Of a stretch of DNA of 64,000 bases, positions 48,218 through 60,400 are shown piece by piece; within the stretch, counting starts at the first letter, position 1; every line of letters starts with the position of its first letter. The notes beneath the pieces were generated by a model that saw only the letters and a list, made by a program, of their open reading frames with translations, was not told the origin of the DNA and searched no databases. The DNA comes from Auanema rhodensis. Taxonomy: Eukaryota; Animalia; Nematoda. The DNA lies in the NCBI GenBank assembly GCA_964057225.1, contig OZ059896.1, positions 13,950,001-14,014,000 of the forward strand, written 5' to 3'. Position numbers and translations under genes: made by a program.

Positions 48218-51200
48218 ACTTTTTCATTTTGATCAGTTGGTGAATTTGTTTCTTCTTGAACTATTTTCTTGAAGAACATAGTCAAGGCGGAGTCTTTTGA
48301 TCTAAATCGTCGGTTCCGTGGTGTAGCGGTTAGCACTCAGGACTTTGAATCCTGCGACCCGAGTTCAAATCTCGGCGGAACCTACTTTTTCATTTTGATC
48401 AACTAGTCAATTTGTTTCTTCTTAAACTATCTACTTGAAGAACATAGTCAAGGCGGAGTCTTTTGATCTAAATCGTCGGTTCCGTGGTGTAGCGGTTAGC
48501 ACTCAGGACTCTGAATCCTGCGACCCGAGTTCAAATCTCGGCGGAACCTACTTTTTCATTTTTATCAGTTGGTCAATTTGTTTCTTCTTGAACTATTTTC
48601 TTGAAGAACATAGTCAAGGCGGAGTCTTTTGATCTAAATCGTCGGTTCCGTGGTGTAGCGGTTAGCACTCAGGACTTTGAATCCTGCGACCCGAGTTCAA
48701 ATCTCGGCGGAACCTACTTTTTCATTTTGATCAACTAGTCAATTTGTTTCTTCTTAAACTATCTACTTGAAGAACATAGTCAAGGCGGAGTCTTTTGATC
48801 TAAATCGTCGGTTCCGTGGTGTAGCGGTTAGCACTCAGGACTCTGAATCGTGCGACCCGAGTTCAAATCTCGGCGGAACCTACTTTTTCATTTTTATCAG
48901 TTGGTGAATTTGTTTCTTCTTGAACTATTTTCTTGAAGAACATAGTCAAGAAGGAGTCTTTTGATCTAAATCGTCGGTTCCGTGGTGTAGCGGTTAGCAC
49001 TCAGGACTTTGAATCCTGCGACCCGAGTTCAAATCTCGGCGGAACCTACTTTTTCATTTTGATCAGTTGGTGAATTTGTTTCTTCTTGAACTATTTTCTT
49101 GAAGAACATAGTCAAGGCGGAGTCTTTTGATCTAAATCGTCGGTTCCGTGGGGTAGCGGTTAGCACTCAGGACTTTGAATCCTGCGACCCGAGTTCAAAT
49201 CTCGGCGGAACCTACTTTTTCATTTTGATCAACTAGTCAATTTGTTTCTTCTTAAACTATCTACTTGAAGAACATAGTCAAGGCGGAGTCTTTTGATCTA
49301 AATCGTCGGTTCCGTGGTGTAGCGGTTAGCACTCAGGACTCTGAATCCTGCGACCCGAGTTCAAATCTCGGCGGAACCTACTTTTTCATTTTTATCAGTT
49401 GGTCAATTTGTTTCTTCTTGAACTATTTTCTTGAAGAACATAGTCAAGGCGGAGTCTTTTGATCTAAATCGTCGGTTCCGTGGTGTAGCGGTTAGCACTC
49501 AGGACTTTGAATCCTGCGACCCGAGTTCAAATCTCGGCGGAACCTACTTTTTCATTTTGATCAACTAGTCAATTTGTTTCTTCTTAAACTATCTACTTGA
49601 AGAACATAGTCAAGGCGGAGTCTTTTGATATAAATCGTCGGTTCCGTGGTGTAGCGGTTAGCACTCAGGACTTTGAATCCTGCGACCCGAGTTCAAATCT
49701 CGGCGGAACCTACTTTTTCATTTTTATCAGTTGGTCAATTTGTTTCTTCTTGAACTTTCTTCTTGAAGAACATAAACAAGCGTTCCGTTATGCTCGCACG
49801 TCGATCCTATAGACCAATAAAGCCTACAAGATGAGTGTGATAGTATTCCAGATGTAGCGGTGCATAAAGAGCATAATGGATAAACATAAGACTCGAGAAA
49901 GAAAGGTTTATTATGTCTACATGATTACAATAAGTTATAAAAGTCTGCATAAAGATATAAAGTGAAAGAGAGCTAAGAAAGGAAGACAAACCATCCATAG
50001 TCATTCCATAAGGCAAAGCTGAAGTCTGTGTTCCATATGAAGGGCGTGTCGTCCTCTCTCAGCCTCATGTTGTCTGATTCTAACCCGCCTGCTACGTATT
50101 GATTTCCAAATGGAACGCAAGGCGGAGTCTTTTGATCTAAATAGTCGGTTCCGTGGTGTAGCGGTTAGCACTCAGGACTTTGAATCCTGCGACCCGAGTT
50201 CAAATCTCGGCGGAACCTACTTTTTCATTTAGATCAACTGGTCAATTTGTTTCTTCTTGAACTATTTTCTTGAAGAACATAGTCAAGGCGGAGTCTTTTG
50301 ATCTAAATCGTCGGTTCCGTGGTGTAGCGGTTAGCACTCAGGACTCTGAATCCTGCGACCCGAGTTCAAATCTCGGCGGAACCTACTTTTTCATTTTTAT
50401 CAGTTGGTCAATTTGTTTCTTCTTGAACTATTTTCTTGAAGAACATAGTCAAGGCGGAGTCTTTTGATCTAAATCGTCGGTTCCGTGGTGTAGCGGTTAG
50501 CACTCAGGACTCTGAATCCTGCGACCCGAGTTCAAATCTCGGCGGAACCTACTTTTTCATTTTTATCAGTTGGTCAATTTGTTTCTTCTTGAACTATTTT
50601 CTTGAAGAACATAGTCAAGGTCGGTTCCGTGGTGTATCGTCGGTTCCGTGGTGTAGCGGTTAGCACTCAGGACTTTGAATCCTGCGACCCGAGTTCAAAT
50701 CTCGGCGGAACCTACTTTTTCATTTTTATCAGTTGGTCAATTTGTTTCTTCTTGAACTTTCTTCTTGAAGAACATAAACAAGCGTTCCGTTATGCTCGCA
50801 CGTCGATCCTATAGACCAATAAAGCCTACAAGATGAGTGTGATAGTATTCCAGATGTAGCGGTGCATAAAGAGCATAATGGATAAACATAAGACTCGAGA
50901 AAGAAAGGTTTATTATGTCTACATGATTACAATAAGTTATAAAAGTCTGCATAAAGATATAAAGTGAAAGAGAGCTAAGAAAGGAAGACAAACCATCCAT
51001 AGTCATTCCATAAGGCAAAGCTGAAGTCTGTGTTCCATATGAAGGGCGTGTCGTCCTCTCTCAGCCTCATGTTGTCTGATTCTAACCCGCCTGCTACGTA
51101 TTGATTTCCAAATGGAACGCAAGGCGGAGTCTTTTGATCTAAATAGTCGGTTCCGTGGTGTAGCGGTTAGCACTCAGGACTTTGAATCCTGCGACCCGAG

Positions 51201-52141
51201 TTCAAATCTCGGCGGAACCTACTTTTTCATTTAGATCAACTGGTCAATTTGTTTCTTCTTGAACTATTTTCTTGAAGAACATAGTCAAGGCGGAGTCTTT
51301 TGATCTAAATCGTCGGTTCCGTGGTGTAGCGGTTAGCACTCAGGACTCTGAATCCTGCGACCCGAGTTCAAATCTCGGCGGAACCTACTTTTTCATTTTT
51401 ATCAGTTGGTCAATTTGTTTCTTCTTGAACTATTTTCTTGAAGAACATAGTCAAGGCGGAGTCTTTTGATCTAAATCGTCGGTTCCGTGGTGTAGCGGTT
51501 AGCACTCAGGACTCTGAATCCTGCGACCCGAGTTCAAATCTCGGCGGAACCTACTTTTTCATTTTTATCAGTTGGTCAATTTGTTTCTTCTTGAACTATT
51601 TTCTTGAAGAACATAGTCAAGGTCGGTTCCGTGGTGTATCGTCGGTTCCGTGGTGTAGCGGTTAGCACTCAGGACTTTGAATCCTGCGACCCGAGTTCAA
51701 ATCTCGGCGGAACCTACTTTTTCATTTTTATCAGTTGGTCAATTTGTTTCTTCTTGAACTTTCTTCTTGAAGAACATAGTCAAGGCGGAGTTTTTAGAGA
51801 TAAATCGTCCGTTCCGTGGTGTAGCGGTTAGCACTCAGGACTTTGAATCCTGCGACCCGAGTTCAAATCTCGGCGGAACCTACTTTTTCATTTTGATCAA
51901 CTGGTCAATTTGTTTCTTCTTGAACTATTTTCTTGAAGAACATAGTCAAGGCGGAGTCTTTTGATCTAAATCGTCGGTTCCGTGGTGTAGCGGTTAGCAC
52001 TCAGGACTTTGAATCCTGCGACCCGAGTTCAAATCTCGGCGGAACCTACTTTTTCATTTTGATCAACTGGTCAATTTGTTTCTTCTTGAACTATTTTCTT
52101 GAAGAACATAGTCAAGGCGGCGTCTTTTGATCTAAATCGTC

Positions 52142-52213
52142 GGTTCCGTGGTGTAGCGGTTAGCACTCAGGACTCTAAATCCTGCGACCCGAATTCAAAT
52201 CTCGGCGGAACCT
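52142..52213 (+). tRNA. CTA-anticodon / G53A copy 5
   Basis: Same two substitutions as the copy at 36180. Confidence 0.85.
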
Positions 52214-52971
52214 ACTTTTTCATTTTGATCAGTTGGTGAATTTGTTTCTTCTTGAACTATTTTCTTGAAGAACATAGTCAAGGCGGAGTCTTTTGATCTA
52301 AATCGTCGGTTCCGTGGTGTAGCGGTTAGCACTCAGGACTTTGAATCCTGCGACCCGAGTTCAAATCTCGGCGGAACCTACTTTTTCATTTTGATCAACT
52401 AGTCAATTTGTTTCTTCTTAAACTATCTACTTGAAGAACATAGTCAAGGCGGAGTCTTTTGATCTAAATCGTCGGTTCCGTGGTGTAGCGGTTAGCACTC
52501 AGGACTCTGAATCCTGCGACCCGAGTTCAAATCTCGGCGGAACCTACTTTTTCATTTTTATCAGTTGGTCAATTTGTTTCTTCTTGAACTATTTTCTTGA
52601 AGAACATAGTCAAGGCGGAGTCTTTTGATCTAAATCGTCGGTTCCGTGGTGTAGCGGTTAGCACTCAGGACTTTGAATCCTGCGACCCGAGTTCAAATCT
52701 CGGCGGAACCTACTTTTTCATTTTGATCAACTAGTCAATTTGTTTCTTCTTAAACTATCTACTTGAAGAACATAGTCAAGGCGGAGTCTTTTGATCTAAA
52801 TCGTCGGTTCCGTGGTGTAGCGGTTAGCACTCAGGACTCTGAATCCTGCGACCCGAGTTCAAATCTCGGCGGAACCTACTTTTTCATTTTTATCAGTTGG
52901 TGAATTTGTTTCTTCTTGAACTATTTTCTTGAAGAACATAGTCAAGGCGGAGTCTTTTGATCTAAATCGTC

Positions 52972-53055
52972 GGTTCCGTGGTGTAGCGGTTAGCATAGCG
53001 GTTAGCACTCAGGACTTTGAATCCTGCGACCCGAGTTCAAATTTCGGCGGAACCT
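52972..53055 (+). pseudogene. tRNA-Gln(TTG) copy with 12-bp D-arm tandem duplication
   Basis: TAGCGGTTAGCA is duplicated, and there is also a TTCGG change in the T stem. Confidence 0.75.
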
Positions 53056-56000
53056 ACTTTTTCATTTTGATCAACTAGTCAATTTGTTTCTTCTTAAACT
53101 ATCTACTTGAAGAACATAGTCAAGGCGGAGTCTTTTGATATAAATCGTCGGTTCCGTGGTGTAGCGGTTAGCACTCAGGACTCTGAATCCTGCGACCCGA
53201 GTTCAAATCTCGGCGGAACCTACTTTTTCATTTTTATCAGTTGGTCAATTTGTTTCTTCTTGAACTTTCTTCTTGAAGAACATAAACAAGCGTTCCGTTA
53301 TGCTCGCATGTCGATCCTATAGACCAATAAAGCCTACAAGCTGAGTGTGATAGTATTCCAGATGTAGCGGTGCATAAAGAGCATAATGGATAAACATAAG
53401 ACTCGAGAAAGAAAAGTTTATTATGTCTACATGATTACACAAATCTCGGCGGAACCTACTTTTTCATTTTTATCAGTTGGTCAATTTGTTTCTTCTTGAA
53501 CTATTTTCTTGAAGAACATAGTCAAGGTCGGTTCCGTGGTGTATCGTCGGTTCCGTGGTGTAGCGGTTAGCACTCAGGACTTTGAATCCTGCGACCCGAG
53601 TTCAAATCTCGGCGGAACCTACTTTTTCATTTTGATCAACTGGTCAATTTGTTTCTTCTTGAACTATTTTCTTGAAGAACATAGTCAAGGCGGAGTCTTT
53701 TGATCTAAATCGTCGGTTCCGTGGTGTAGCGGTTAGCACTCAGGACTTTGAATCCTGCGACCCGAGTTCAAATCTCGGCGGAACCTACTTTTTCATTTTG
53801 ATCAACTAGTCAATTTGTTTCTTCTTAAACTATCTACTTGAAGAACATAGTCAAGGCGGAGTCTTTTGATCTAAATCGTCGGTTCCGTGGTGTAGCGGTT
53901 AGCACTCAGGACTCTGAATCCTGCGACCCGAGTTCAAATCTCGGCGGAACCTACTTTTTCATTTTGATCAACTAGTCAATTTGTTTCTTCTTGAACTATT
54001 TTCTTGAAGAACATAGTCAAGGCGGAGTCTTTTGATCTAAATCGTCGGTTCCGTGGTGTAGCGGTTAGCACTCAGGACTCTGAATCCTGCGACCCGAGTT
54101 CAAATCTCGGCGGAACCTACTTTTTCATTTTTATCAGTTGGTCAATTTGTTTCTTCTTGAACTATTTTCTTGAAGAACATAGTCAAGGTCGGTTCCGTGG
54201 TGTATCGTCGGTTCCGTGGTGTAGCGGTTAGCACTCAGGACTTTGAATCCTGCGACCCGAGTTCAAATCTCGGCGGAACCTACTTTTTCATTTTTATCAG
54301 TTGGTCAATTTGTTTCTTCTTGAACTATTTTCTTGAAGAACATAGTCAAGGCGGAGTCTTTTGATCTAAATCGTCGGTTCCGTGGTGTAGCGGTTAGCAC
54401 TCAGGACTTTGAATCCTGCGACCCGAGTTCAAATCTCGGCGGAACCTACTTTTTCATTTTGATCAACTGGTCAATTTGTTTCTTCTTGAACTATTTTCTT
54501 GAAGAACATAGTCAAGGCGGAGTCTTTTGATCTAAATCGTCGGTTCCGTGGTGTAGCGGTTAGCACTCAGGACTCTGAATCCTGCGACCCGAGTTCAAAT
54601 CTCGGCGGAACCTACTTTTTCATTTTTATCAGTTGGTCAATTTGTTTCTTCTTGAACTATTTTCTTGAAGAACATAGTCAAGGCGGAGTCTTTTGATCTA
54701 AATCGTCGGTTCCGTGGTGTAGCGGTTTGCACTCAGGACTTTGAATCCTGCGACCCGAGTTCAAATCTCGGCGGAACCTACTTTTTCATTTTGATCAACT
54801 AGTCAATTTGTTTCTTCTTAAACTATCTACTTGAAGAACATAGTCAAGACGGAGTCTTTTGATCTAAATCGTCGGTTCCGTGGTGTAGCGGTTAGCACTC
54901 AGGACTCTGAATCGTGCGACCCGAGTTCAAATCTCGGCGGAACCTACTTTTTCATTTTTATCAGTTGGTGAATTTGTTTCTTCTTGAACTATTTTCTTGA
55001 AGAACATAGTCAAGGAGGAGTCTTTTGATCTAAATCGTCGGTTCCGTGGTGTAGCGGTTAGCACTCAGGACTTTGAATCCTGCGACCCGAGTTCAAATCT
55101 CGGCGGAACCTACTTTTTCATTTTGATCAGTTGGTGAATTTGTTTCTTCTTGAACTATTTTCTTGAAGAACATAGTCAAGGCGGAGTCTTTTGATCTAAA
55201 TCGTCGGTTCCGTGGTGTAGTGGTTAGCACTCAGGACTTTGAATCCTGCGACCCGAGTTCAAATCTCGGCGGAACCTACTTTTTCATTTTGATCAACTAG
55301 TCAATTTGTTTCTTCTTAAACTATCTACTTGAAGAACATAGTCAAGGCGGAGTCTTTTGATCTAAATCGTCGGTTCCGTGGTGTAGCGGTTAGCACTCAG
55401 GACTCTGAATCCTGCGACCCGAGTTCAAATCTCGGCGGAACCTACTTTTTCATTTTTATCAGTTGGTGAATTTGTTTCTTCTTGAACTATTTTCTTGAAG
55501 AACATAGTCAAGGCGGAGTCTTTTGATCTAAATCGTCGGTTCCGTGGTGTAGCGGTTAGCACTCAGGACTTTGAATCCTGCGACCCGAGTTCAAATCTCG
55601 GCGGAACCTACTTTTTCATTTTGATCAACTGGTCAATTTGTTTCTTCTTGAACTATATTCTTGAAGAACATAGTCAAGGCGGAGTCTTTTGATCTAAATC
55701 GTCGGTTCCGTGGTGTAGCGGTTAGCACTCAGGACTTTGAATCCTGCGACCCGAGTTCAAATCTCGGCGGAACCTACTTTTTCATTTTGATCAACTAGTC
55801 AATTTGTTTCTTCTTAAACTATCTACTTGAAGAACATAGTCAAGGCGGAGTCTTTTGATATAAATCGTCGGTTCCGTGGTGTAGCGGTTAGCACTCAGGA
55901 CTTTGAATCCTGCGACCCGAGTTCAAATCTCGGCGGAACCTACTTTTTCATTTTTATCAGTTGGTCAATTTGTTTCTTCTTGAACTTTCTTCTTGAAGAA

Positions 56001-56434
56001 CATAAACAAGCGTTCCGTTATGCTCGCACGTCGATCCTATAGACCAATAAAGCCTACAAGATGAGTGTGATAGTATTCCAGATGTAGCGGTGCATAAAGA
56101 GCATAATGGATAAACATAAGACTCGAGAAAGAAAAGTTTATTATGTCTACATGATTACACAAATCTCGGCGGAACCTACTTTTTCATTTTTATCAGTTGG
56201 TCAATTTGTTTCTTCTTGAACTATTTTCTTGAAGAACATAGTCAAGGTCGGTTCCGTGGTGTATCGTCGGTTCCGTGGTGTAGCGGTTAGCACTCAGGAC
56301 TTTGAATCCTGCGACCCGAGTTCAAATCTCGGCGGAACCTACTTTTTCATTTTGATCAACTGGTCAATTTGTTTCTTCTTGAACTATTTTCTTGAAGAAC
56401 ATAGTCAAGGCGGAGTCTTTTGATCTAAATCGTC

Positions 56435-56469
56435 GGTTCCGTGGTGTAGCGGTTAGCACTCAGGACTTT
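56435..56469 (+). pseudogene. 5' 35 nt of a tRNA-Gln(TTG) interrupted in the anticodon by element 2
   Basis: ...CAGGACTTT is followed directly by the LTR end CGTTCCATTATG. Confidence 0.92.
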
Positions 56470-56834
56470 CGTTCCATTATGCTCCTGCGTATATTGAACA
56501 GACCATTGTAGTCTGCTCAACTACGCGGATAGTATTCCATAAGTGTAGCGTATGAAAACAGAGCATAAGGATATCATAAGATAAGGAAAAGGATAGATTT
56601 ATTATACACGATACAACAACATTACACTACAATAATACAAGAATGGAGTAGACTACATTTACAAGACAATGACTAATGTACAAGATAAACTAAACTAGAT
56701 ACAAACCGTCCATGGGCTTGCTAAGAGGCGAACTCCTGGTTAGAGAACCGAGGTAAGGCGGAGCTATTCCTCAGTCCTCTAGTCAGTCTAACTCTAACCC
56801 ACTAACTACATACACTAGGCGTCCGCATGGAACG
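56470..56834 (-). repeat. 3' LTR of element 2 (365 bp)
   Basis: Ends CGTTCCAT...ATGGAACG. The reverse complement aligns to the element 1 LTR, best in U5. Confidence 0.93.
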
Positions 56835-56845
56835 TGCCCTTTTTC
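56835..56845 (-). promoter_or_regulatory. Polypurine tract of element 2
   Basis: TGCCCTTTTTC is GAAAAAGGGCA on the minus strand. Confidence 0.85.
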
Positions 56846-57475
56846 AAAAGATTTTTCGCGTCCTCGCGAATTTTAACCAAAAAGTTTTTGAGTTGGTATG
56901 TAGTTGTGTTTTACAGTTTGGAGAGAAAAAAAAATTTTTAACACAATAATATGAAATACGTAATTTTTGGTAACGAAGAATTAGAATTTTTATATTTAGT
57001 TCATATGTTTGTTTCATATAGTCATCATAAGTAGAGATTTTTTTTTTTTTGTATATCGCTTTTGTATAGTTTGGTCATTGTACTAATACTTGCAACTGCT
57101 AACTCGTATACTAGCTGTGGTAGAGGTATTGATTTCTATTTTTCTCTGTCTCTACCTGTCTCCCAGAGCGAATCCTCGAGTACTAATGGCGGCTACCACT
57201 CAGTTGACATGTGGTCTATATGCCTGTCAGTGTTCGTCTCATCTATCATGGGGAGGCATGTAGAGCTTTTCATTTTATTGATTTATTTATTTATTATATT
57301 ATTTTTTTTTTCCACAAGTTTCAAATCTCTGTAATCAGCATAGTTTTACGGCTTTGGTCTTAGTATTAATTAATATCATCATAAGTTTATTATTTTTTTG
57401 AAATCTCTTCTTTTGATGCCTATTTCTAATGTCTTGCAAAGAAATTTCTAATTCATCGTTATCAATTATAATATT

Positions 57476-60400
57476 TTACTTTTTTATTCTCTGTCGGTTC
57501 GTATTAGTCGGTAACCATAGTTCGTTTCCATCCTCCATTTCTGATTCTGGTTCTGTTTCTGAGTCGCTTCCCTTGTTCCCTTTTATTACTTCGATGACCT
57601 CAATATCGCTGTCGTCTTCTTCCTCGGCTTGTTGTTTCCATTTGCTCGCTCTGGTATTGTAAGCGCTGTCTTGTTCCGAATTAGAGAATAATTTGAGGTT
57701 GTCTTTATGAATGTCTTGAATTTTTCCTGCTCCATTCCTTATTTGGACCTTAGATCCTTCGACATTGATGACTTCGAACGGTCCATCGTAGCTTTTTCGT
57801 AGTTTCTGACCAATTTGATGTGATTTTATAGTGGTCATGACCATATCTCCTGGTTGTATATTTCTGTCGCGCGTTCTTTGTGTTTGGTCCTTCTTTTTCT
57901 TTGCATTCTCTTGATTCTGCGCTATTCGGTCATGAATTATTTGGTTTCTTTTCATCATTTGTGGCTTTCTTGCTAGTAGTTCATCAGAAATTTCCTGTAT
58001 TCTCCGTATGGTGTCTGGTAATTCGGCATCGAGTATCATTCTGCCTTCTTTTCCGAATAGTGCTACATAAGGTGCAATTCCGGTTGTAGCGTGCTGAATA
58101 TTGTTGATCGCGAAAGTAATCTTGGGTAAAATGGTATCCCATTCGCTTAGGTCTTCTTTCATATAGTGTGTTAACCCTTCCTCTAACGTTCTATGTAGTC
58201 TTTCGACTTGACCGTTAGAGTTCTTTTGATGAGGAAGGGTAGGTTCATGTATTATTCCAACCATTTTACACATTTCTTCGAACTTTTTTGATACAAAATT
58301 GGATCCTCGGTCGGTGATCAGTCGCTGGGGTGGTCCATAAATGTATACAAAATTCCTTAGAAATCTGTCGATGGTAATTTCTGTTGTAATACACGGAACT
58401 GCTATTGTTGTCGCCCACTTAGTGAATGAGTCTTGTATGGTAATTACATGGGTGCAATTTCTTCGTGTGGGAGGGAATGGTCCCATAATATCCATGTGAA
58501 CCCGTTCGAATGGTTTACTTGGTATTTCAAATTGTCCGATTGGTTGAACTGTCATAGAATGGGGATCCTTCTTTCTTTGCGCACATTTTATGCAGTTTTT
58601 GATAAACATTGTGATGTCATTCTGCATGTTTGTCCAATAAAATCTTCTTAATATTGCTTCCTTTGTCTTATTTATTCCTTGATGTGCTGCTATGGTGGGA
58701 TCTTCGTGAAATAATTTGATAATTTCGTCCGTTATTGGATGGTCTTGTGGTATAACGATTGCAGGATGAGGCTTTTTGTCTGTTGGTCTTGTATAGAGCA
58801 AATCGTTTATAACGCAGTATCTATCGTTTGCTGTCATATTCTTTTGTGCTCTATATTCTATCTCCGCTATCGTTCTTTTAATCCAAGGGGTGTTTAGTTG
58901 AAGCTCCTTTATTGTTGGTGTATTTATGGCATTTATGTGAATTTCTTCCTTTTTCTTCTTCTTCTTCGTCTCAGGCCTTGCGTCGTTGGCTTCTTCTCCT
59001 ATGTATCGGGATAAAGCATCGCATACTTTGTTCAATTGACCTTCTCTATATCTTATCTCGATATCGTATTCTTGGATTACTAGCTGAAATTTCGCGAGTC
59101 GTCCAAATAAGTCTCTTCGCGTTAGTAAGCTAGTAAGAGGTCGATGGTCCGTAATGCATATTGTATGTGTTCCAAGAATATATGTTCGAACCTGATTTAG
59201 CGCGTACACTAGGCCTAGCGCTTCTATTTCTATAGGCGCATAATTCCTTTCTGCTTTTACTAATTTTCTGCTTGCAAATGCGATTGGATGTAGATTCTTT
59301 AGAGGTTGTCTTGGATCTTCTGGTTGTAGTAATACGGCACCTATGGCAATGTTACTCCCGTCGCTTTCAATGATGAATAAGCGATCTGATTTTGGTGGGC
59401 TTAACACGGGTGCCTGTATAAGACTTCTTTTTAGGAGATCTATAGCTTCTTGATGTTCTTTATTCCATATAAATTCAGTCTCTGCCTTTGTTAAGTCGTA
59501 TAAAGGACTTGCGATCCGTGCAAAATCTTTTATAAATTTTCGAAAGAATCCAACCATTCCTAAGAAAGCGCGTACTCCTGTTGCGTTCTTAGGTGCAGGA
59601 TAGTCCTGTATAGCCGCGACCTTTTGAGGATCTGGCTTCATTCCTTGTCGTCCAACTATTAGTCCTAAGAATTTCACTTCTGGTTGTGCAAAAGCGCATT
59701 TCTTGAGCTTTATTTTCATTCCTAATTTTTCTACTGCGTGCAATAATTCGTCGATGTCTTTGAGATGTTGTTCTCTTGTATCTGATATGACTAATAGATC
59801 GTCCAGGTAGACAAATAGTTTGCAAGAACATTTACTTTGCAAGTATCTTACAGCTGTTTGAAATGTATGTGGGGCTCCACAGAGACCCATAGGCATACGT
59901 TTGTATTGATACGTTCCTGATGTTGTAGTAAATGCTGTTAATCGTCGATCTGATTTCCGTAAAGATATTTGAAAGAATCCTGATACTAAGTCGAAGTTTG
60001 AGAAGAATTTAGCTCCCGCTGCCATGTCAACTATGTCCGAAATGCTTGGTATTACATATGTTTGCTTGCGTGTTACGTTATTTAAGGCTCGAAAATCTGT
60101 CACGAACCTATAAGTATCGTCTTTCTTCTTGACCAATACTACAGGGCTATTGAGCAAAGATGTAGATGGTTCAATAATGTCTTGTTCAAGCATTTCTAGG
60201 ATTTGTCTTTCTATTTCTTCTTGTTTTCCAAGTGGAATACGTGTTATTCTTGGTCTTGGCATATCCATGTCCGTTCTTAATGGAATAGTATGTTCGACGG
60301 GTCCTTTGAATAAGCCTATTTTTCTATCTTCATTTAGAAAAGCTTCCCTATGTTGTTCGATTATTTTTGTTAGTTCTTGTTTATCTTCCTTTGTTAGGTC

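Larger units (their letters stand above)
33856..56340 (+). tRNA. Continuation of the array, ~125 tRNA-Gln genes (TTG, CTG, five CTA)
   Basis: Same 166-bp unit, with 15 units of a 163-bp variant. After subtracting LTR inserts, spacing arithmetic gives 125 full copies before the interrupted copy at 56435. Confidence 0.97.

Noticed and set aside
446-56423. Roughly 140 near-identical 63-75 aa plus-strand ORFs (MKNIVKAE...)
   Set aside because: They are translations across tRNA genes and spacers, mostly from TTG starts, and are freely broken by stops in many units.
323-56469. CRISPR-like repeat/spacer array
   Set aside because: The spacers are near-identical rather than unique, the repeat is a tRNA, there are no cas genes, and the context is eukaryotic.
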